The position numbers were made by a program, and so were the translations under genes. From NCBI GenBank assembly GCA_035513215.1, contig DATKCK010000015.1, positions 27,682-91,681 on the forward strand: 64,000 nucleotides of DNA, given 5' to 3'. The stretch comes from Gammaproteobacteria bacterium. GTDB lineage: Bacteria; Pseudomonadota; Gammaproteobacteria; Steroidobacterales; Rariloculaceae. The notes under the pieces were generated by a model. That model had not been told where the DNA came from and did not search any database. It saw nothing but the letters and a program-made list of their open reading frames with translations. Below are positions 60,569-64,000 of the stretch, one piece after another (position 1 is the stretch's first letter; each line of letters starts with the position of its first letter).

Positions 60569-61693
60569 TCAGCCTGCGCCTATTTCCTTGCGCACGACTG
60601 CCGCCCCTTCGGCGAGATTCTTGAGCTTCATCTTTGCAACCATTCGGGACAGCGGCTTGAGTCCGCAGTCGGTGCTCAGAGTCACCTTTTCGGCCGGCAC
60701 ATGCTTGAGGACCTGGCGGGTCCGCTCGGCAATGACGTCGGGCGGATCGATCATGTTGGAGCGAATGTCCAATACGCCGACCTGCACACCCTGGTTATCG
60801 GGCAGGTTGGCAAGAAAGTCCACACCGTCCATCTCGCGGTTGGCGTAGTCGAGGACGAACTCGTCAACACCCTCCGTACCGAAGAAATGGGGGAGGACGG
60901 TCTGGTAGCCCTGCGGGAACGACGCGCTGAGAATGTCGTTACCCCAGGCGTTGCCGAAGCAGAAGTGCCATCCGATCTTGGCGTCGACGCCGTCGCACAT
61001 CATCTCGATGCTCTTGCGGACCCACTTGTAATCGTTCTCGTCGCCCGTGAACAGCGGCAGCCAGGAGCCGAGATCCTCTATCTGGAGGTACTTGGCGCCC
61101 GCAGCCACGAGTGCCTTCATCTCCTTGTTGAAAATCGGGCACAGCGCGAACGTGAGATCTTTGGCGCTCTTGTAGTGCGAGCTCTCATTAAAATAGACAT
61201 GCCAGGCAAGATTGGCCGGGCCCGCGCCGATCGAGACCTTGACCGGGACACTGGCCGCCTTGTTGGCGATTTCGTACAGATCGACCCAGCGTATCGCGTC
61301 CGGGCCGCTGTCGACCGGGCCGATGTTGATGACACCGCCCCAGTCGTCCATGATGGCCTTGCCCTGGCTTGCGTCGGCTCCGACATAGGACGGGTGCGGA
61401 TTGCGTGAGGGGTCAAAGCCCGGAATGCGCTCGTAGAGATACCAGCAGAACGACCCGATGACGCCGACGTAGTCGTCGTACCACATGTTGCCGTCGGTCA
61501 CGATATCGAGGCCGGCCTGCTCCTGATCGCGGATGACCGTAGTCACGGCATCCTGGAAGGTCTCCTCGTAATTGTGCTCCTTGAAGGCAACCCGGATGTC
61601 GCGCCCGAGCAGCTGTTGCGTGAACCATGCGGGTCGCGGGTACGATCCGACCATGGTCGTGGGCAGTATCGTATCTACGATTTTCTTTGGCAT
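60569..61693 (-). CDS. Cobalamin-independent methionine synthase II family, catalytic domain only (half-size MetE-like)
   Basis: TTMVGSYPRP, QEQAGLDIVTDG, LQIED, Zn ligands HFC and TDCG. Confidence 0.85.
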   Translation of the reverse strand: MPKKIVDTILPTTMVGSYPRPAWFTQQLLGRDIRVAFKEHNYEETFQDAVTTVIRDQEQAGLDIVTDGNMWYDDYVGVIGSFCWYLYERIPGFDPSRNPHPSYVGADASQGKAIMDDWGGVINIGPVDSGPDAIRWVDLYEIANKAASVPVKVSIGAGPANLAWHVYFNESSHYKSAKDLTFALCPIFNKEMKALVAAGAKYLQIEDLGSWLPLFTGDENDYKWVRKSIEMMCDGVDAKIGWHFCFGNAWGNDILSASFPQGYQTVLPHFFGTEGVDEFVLDYANREMDGVDFLANLPDNQGVQVGVLDIRSNMIDPPDVIAERTRQVLKHVPAEKVTLSTDCGLKPLSRMVAKMKLKNLAEGAAVVRKEIGAG

Positions 61694-61762
61694 TCTCGAA
61701 TTCTCCCTGATTCTTCTTGTGCCTTGAGCCGGCCGCGGCCGGAGAGGCCGGAGTATAGCTAA

Positions 61763-61814
61763 AAATGGGGTCAGACCCCATTCAGGTTAATCTGAATGGG
61801 GTCTGACCCCATTT
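61763..61814. repeat. REP-like palindrome copy 4 (23-bp stem, 6-nt loop)
   Basis: AAATGGGGTCAGACCCCATTCAG-GTTAAT-CTGAATGGGGTCTGACCCCATTT. Confidence 0.9.
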
Positions 61815-63289
61815 CAAGGATTCATCAGGAACGGCGGCGGGTAATGGCGGCCGCCGCGCTCGAGCGTGATCCAGCGCAGCTCCGTGAACGTGTCGATGCC
61901 GGGCTTGCCGCCGTGTCGGCCGACACCGCTCGCGCCGATGCCGCCGAAGGGCACGTGCGGCTCGTCATTGATCGAGCTGTCGTTGATATGCGCCATTCCG
62001 GTTCTGAGGCGCTGCGCGATCGAGAAGCCGCGCTCCTCGTTGCGGGTGATGATGCCGGCCGAGAGCCCGTAATCGCTGTCGTTGGCGATCTCGACGGCCT
62101 CGTCATCGCTTCCGGCCCTCAGGATCGGCGCGACCGGGCCGAAAGTCTCCTCGCGGAAGATGCGCATCTGCCGCGTGACGTTGCCGAGCACCGTCGGCTC
62201 GAAGAAGAGCCCGTCGCTTTTGCCGCCGCACAGAATCTCGGCGCCGGCCGCGACGGCGTCGTCCACCTGCTCGCGAATCTTGCCGAGCTGCGTGGCATTG
62301 ATGACCGGCCCGATGCAGTTCGCCATCTCGCGCGGGTTGCCGACCTTGAGCTTCCTCGTGTTCGCGACGAGCTTCTCGGTGAACTCGTCGGCGATCGCCT
62401 GGGCGACGATGATGCGCTCGACTGACATGCAGATCTGGCCCTGATGCATGAACGCGCCGAAAGTCGCAGCATTGACGGCGTGCTCGATATCGGCATCGTC
62501 GAGCACGATCAGCGCGTCCTTGCCGCCGAGCTCGACGCAGCACTTCTTCAGTAGTCCGCCGGCCTGGGCGGCAATCTTGCGGCCGACTGCCGTCGATCCC
62601 GTGAAGCTGATCCCGTGAACGGCTGGATTGGATATGAGCTCGTCACCGACCTCGGCGACGTTGTCGCGCGAGCAGGTAACGACGTTGAAGACGCCCGGCG
62701 GCACGCCGGCCTCCTCGAGAATCTCGGCAAAGAGCAGGCCGCCCGCGACGGGGGTCTCCTCCGACGGCTTGAGCACGACGCAGTTGCCGACCGCGAGCGC
62801 GGGCGCGAAGCCGCGCGACGAGAGAATCATCGGGAAGTTCCAGGGCGATATGACGGCCACGACGCCGAGCGGAACCCGCATCACGAGGCTGATCTTGCCG
62901 TGCTCGCTCGGCAGGATCTCGCCGTTCACCTGATAGGCGGCGGCCGCCGCCGCCCGAAAGACGCCCGAGGCATAACCGGTCTCGAACATGCTTTTGCCGA
63001 CCCACGAGCCACCCTCGTCGATCAGGACCTCCTGGATTTCCTTCGCCCGCGCTTCGAGCACGTCTCCGGCCCTGTGCAGTATCCGCGCGCGCTGCGCGTG
63101 ACTCATGCCCGACCACGCGGGAAATGCCGCCTGAGCGGCCTCGATCGCCGCACGCGCATCGGCACGCGTCGCATCGGCGACCTCGCGAAACACGTCGCCG
63201 TTCGCCGGGTTCATGACGGGGAATTTCCCGCCACCGGAAGCTTCGGACCAGCCGCCGTTAATGTAGAGATCGCCGCTTGCGCTTGTCAT
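61814..63289 (-). CDS. Aldehyde dehydrogenase (aromatic-aldehyde-like)
   Basis: ISPWNFP, LKPSEETP, FTGST, ELGGKD, GQICMS, EETFGP, HIND; start ATG 63289. Confidence 0.93.
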   Translation of the reverse strand: MTSASGDLYINGGWSEASGGGKFPVMNPANGDVFREVADATRADARAAIEAAQAAFPAWSGMSHAQRARILHRAGDVLEARAKEIQEVLIDEGGSWVGKSMFETGYASGVFRAAAAAAYQVNGEILPSEHGKISLVMRVPLGVVAVISPWNFPMILSSRGFAPALAVGNCVVLKPSEETPVAGGLLFAEILEEAGVPPGVFNVVTCSRDNVAEVGDELISNPAVHGISFTGSTAVGRKIAAQAGGLLKKCCVELGGKDALIVLDDADIEHAVNAATFGAFMHQGQICMSVERIIVAQAIADEFTEKLVANTRKLKVGNPREMANCIGPVINATQLGKIREQVDDAVAAGAEILCGGKSDGLFFEPTVLGNVTRQMRIFREETFGPVAPILRAGSDDEAVEIANDSDYGLSAGIITRNEERGFSIAQRLRTGMAHINDSSINDEPHVPFGGIGASGVGRHGGKPGIDTFTELRWITLERGGRHYPPPFLMNP

Positions 63290-63418
63290 TATCGTTTCCT
63301 CACCAGTTTCTTCGGAGAAGCTTTCGGATGCATGGGAGTTTGGGCGGTTAGTATAGTCAAGCCTTTCGAAGCCTGTCATGCTCGGACGGCCCGCTCCGAC
63401 ACCCGACATCGCGACGAC

Positions 63419-64000
63419 ATGGAACGCGTATTGCGACGCACGATATGGATTTGCCTGGCAACCGCGCTCGCCGGCTGCGGCTCGATTCCGACCCGGACAC
63501 CGCCGGCGGAACCCGCGGCGTTACCGGCCGCGACGAGCGGCACGCTGCACAGCGTCGCGCGGGAGGTCGCCGCCGGGCTCGATGACGGCGAGTCGGCGTT
63601 CTGGCTGCTCGACCGGGCCGACTTTTCCTTCGAGGTCAGACTCGCGCTCGCCGATCAGGCCGCCGATTCGCTCGATATCCAGTACTTCATCTGGGAGAAG
63701 GATCCGACGAGCCGCCTGTTTTCCCACCGCGTCGTTCAGGCGGCCGACCGCGGCGTGCGCGTCCGCATTCTGCTCGACGATCTGACGCTCAATGGCCAGG
63801 ATGGCGAATTCCTGGCGCTCGATTCGCACCCGAACATCAGCGTCCGCTCGTTCAACCCGTGGCGGTCGCGCCGGAACATCGGCCGCGTCGGCGAGTACCT
63901 GCTCAACATCGACCGGCTCAATCACCGCATGCACAACAAGACCATTATCGCCGACCGGCATTTCGCGATTCTCGGCGGCCGCAACATCGGCGACCGCTAC
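63419..64000 (+). CDS. Phospholipase D family lipoprotein (ClsC/YmdC-like), 3' truncated by window edge
   Basis: Hand translation (not in ORF track): lipobox LAGC, SLDIQYFIW, AADRGVRVRILLDD, HKD motif RMHNKTIIAD, GGRNIGD.Y. Confidence 0.9.
   Translation, partial: MERVLRRTIWICLATALAGCGSIPTRTPPAEPAALPAATSGTLHSVAREVAAGLDDGESAFWLLDRADFSFEVRLALADQAADSLDIQYFIWEKDPTSRLFSHRVVQAADRGVRVRILLDDLTLNGQDGEFLALDSHPNISVRSFNPWRSRRNIGRVGEYLLNIDRLNHRMHNKTIIADRHFAILGGRNIGDRY

Noticed and set aside
60569-61693. Half-length MetE as a truncated pseudogene
   Set aside because: It has a clean start, intact Zn ligands and a normal stop; stand-alone catalytic-domain proteins are an established class.
24340-61814. Repeats read as a CRISPR array or as transposon ends
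   Set aside because: Copies are isolated, kilobases apart, with no regular spacers, no cas genes and no transposase between pairs.
61796-62425. ORFs starting MGSDP (61796-62425 + and 61413-61781 -)
   Set aside because: Their starts are created by the ATGGGGTC(A/T)GACCCC repeat, and they are antisense to or overlap real genes.

Overview
GC-rich bacterial chromosomal segment (roughly two-thirds G+C by eye). Gene content (LpxL, UspE, gamma-type MetK/PfkB adenosine kinase, YadGH-like ABC) points to a Proteobacterium, probably an uncultured-type gammaproteobacterial lineage; this is inference. It is densely coding (about 50 genes). I saw no rRNA, tRNA, CRISPR array, integrase or transposase. Blocks, left to right: glycogen operon glgA'-glgB-glgP-glgX; a minus-strand run (aldo/keto reductase, glcB, etfBA, ABC-2 pair, cytochrome c-PQQ dehydrogenase, DUF6152 pair); IorAB-type molybdoenzyme; uspE / fixL-fixJ / cytochrome c; lactate permease; glpKF; bfd convergent with a DUF1552-ankyrin-bfr run; two more quino(hemo)proteins; lpxL; a long minus-strand run (SSS and BASS transporters, DUF6152, GT9, Kdo hydroxylase, ubiquitin-like MoaD/ThiS, Asp-box beta-propeller, MmgE/PrpD, SsuABC-type transporter); a methyl-cycle cluster (HTH-SAM-methyltransferase fusion, metF, metK, adenosine kinase, ahcY, fhs); NmrA-like, half-size MetE-like, aldehyde dehydrogenase and a partial phospholipase D. 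Best leads: (1) the HTH-SAM-binding fusion heading the methyl-cycle cluster, which shares an identical TKKKPAGK Lys-rich motif with the AhcY N-terminus; (2) the stand-alone ubiquitin-like protein plus beta-propeller pair; (3) a Fur-boxed, probably leaderless bfd that overlaps bfr tail-to-tail; (4) four REP-like hairpins, each next to a short tandem duplication; (5) a truncated YjbR-like gene at an AT-rich junction. All family assignments come from motif recognition by eye, not from database searches.
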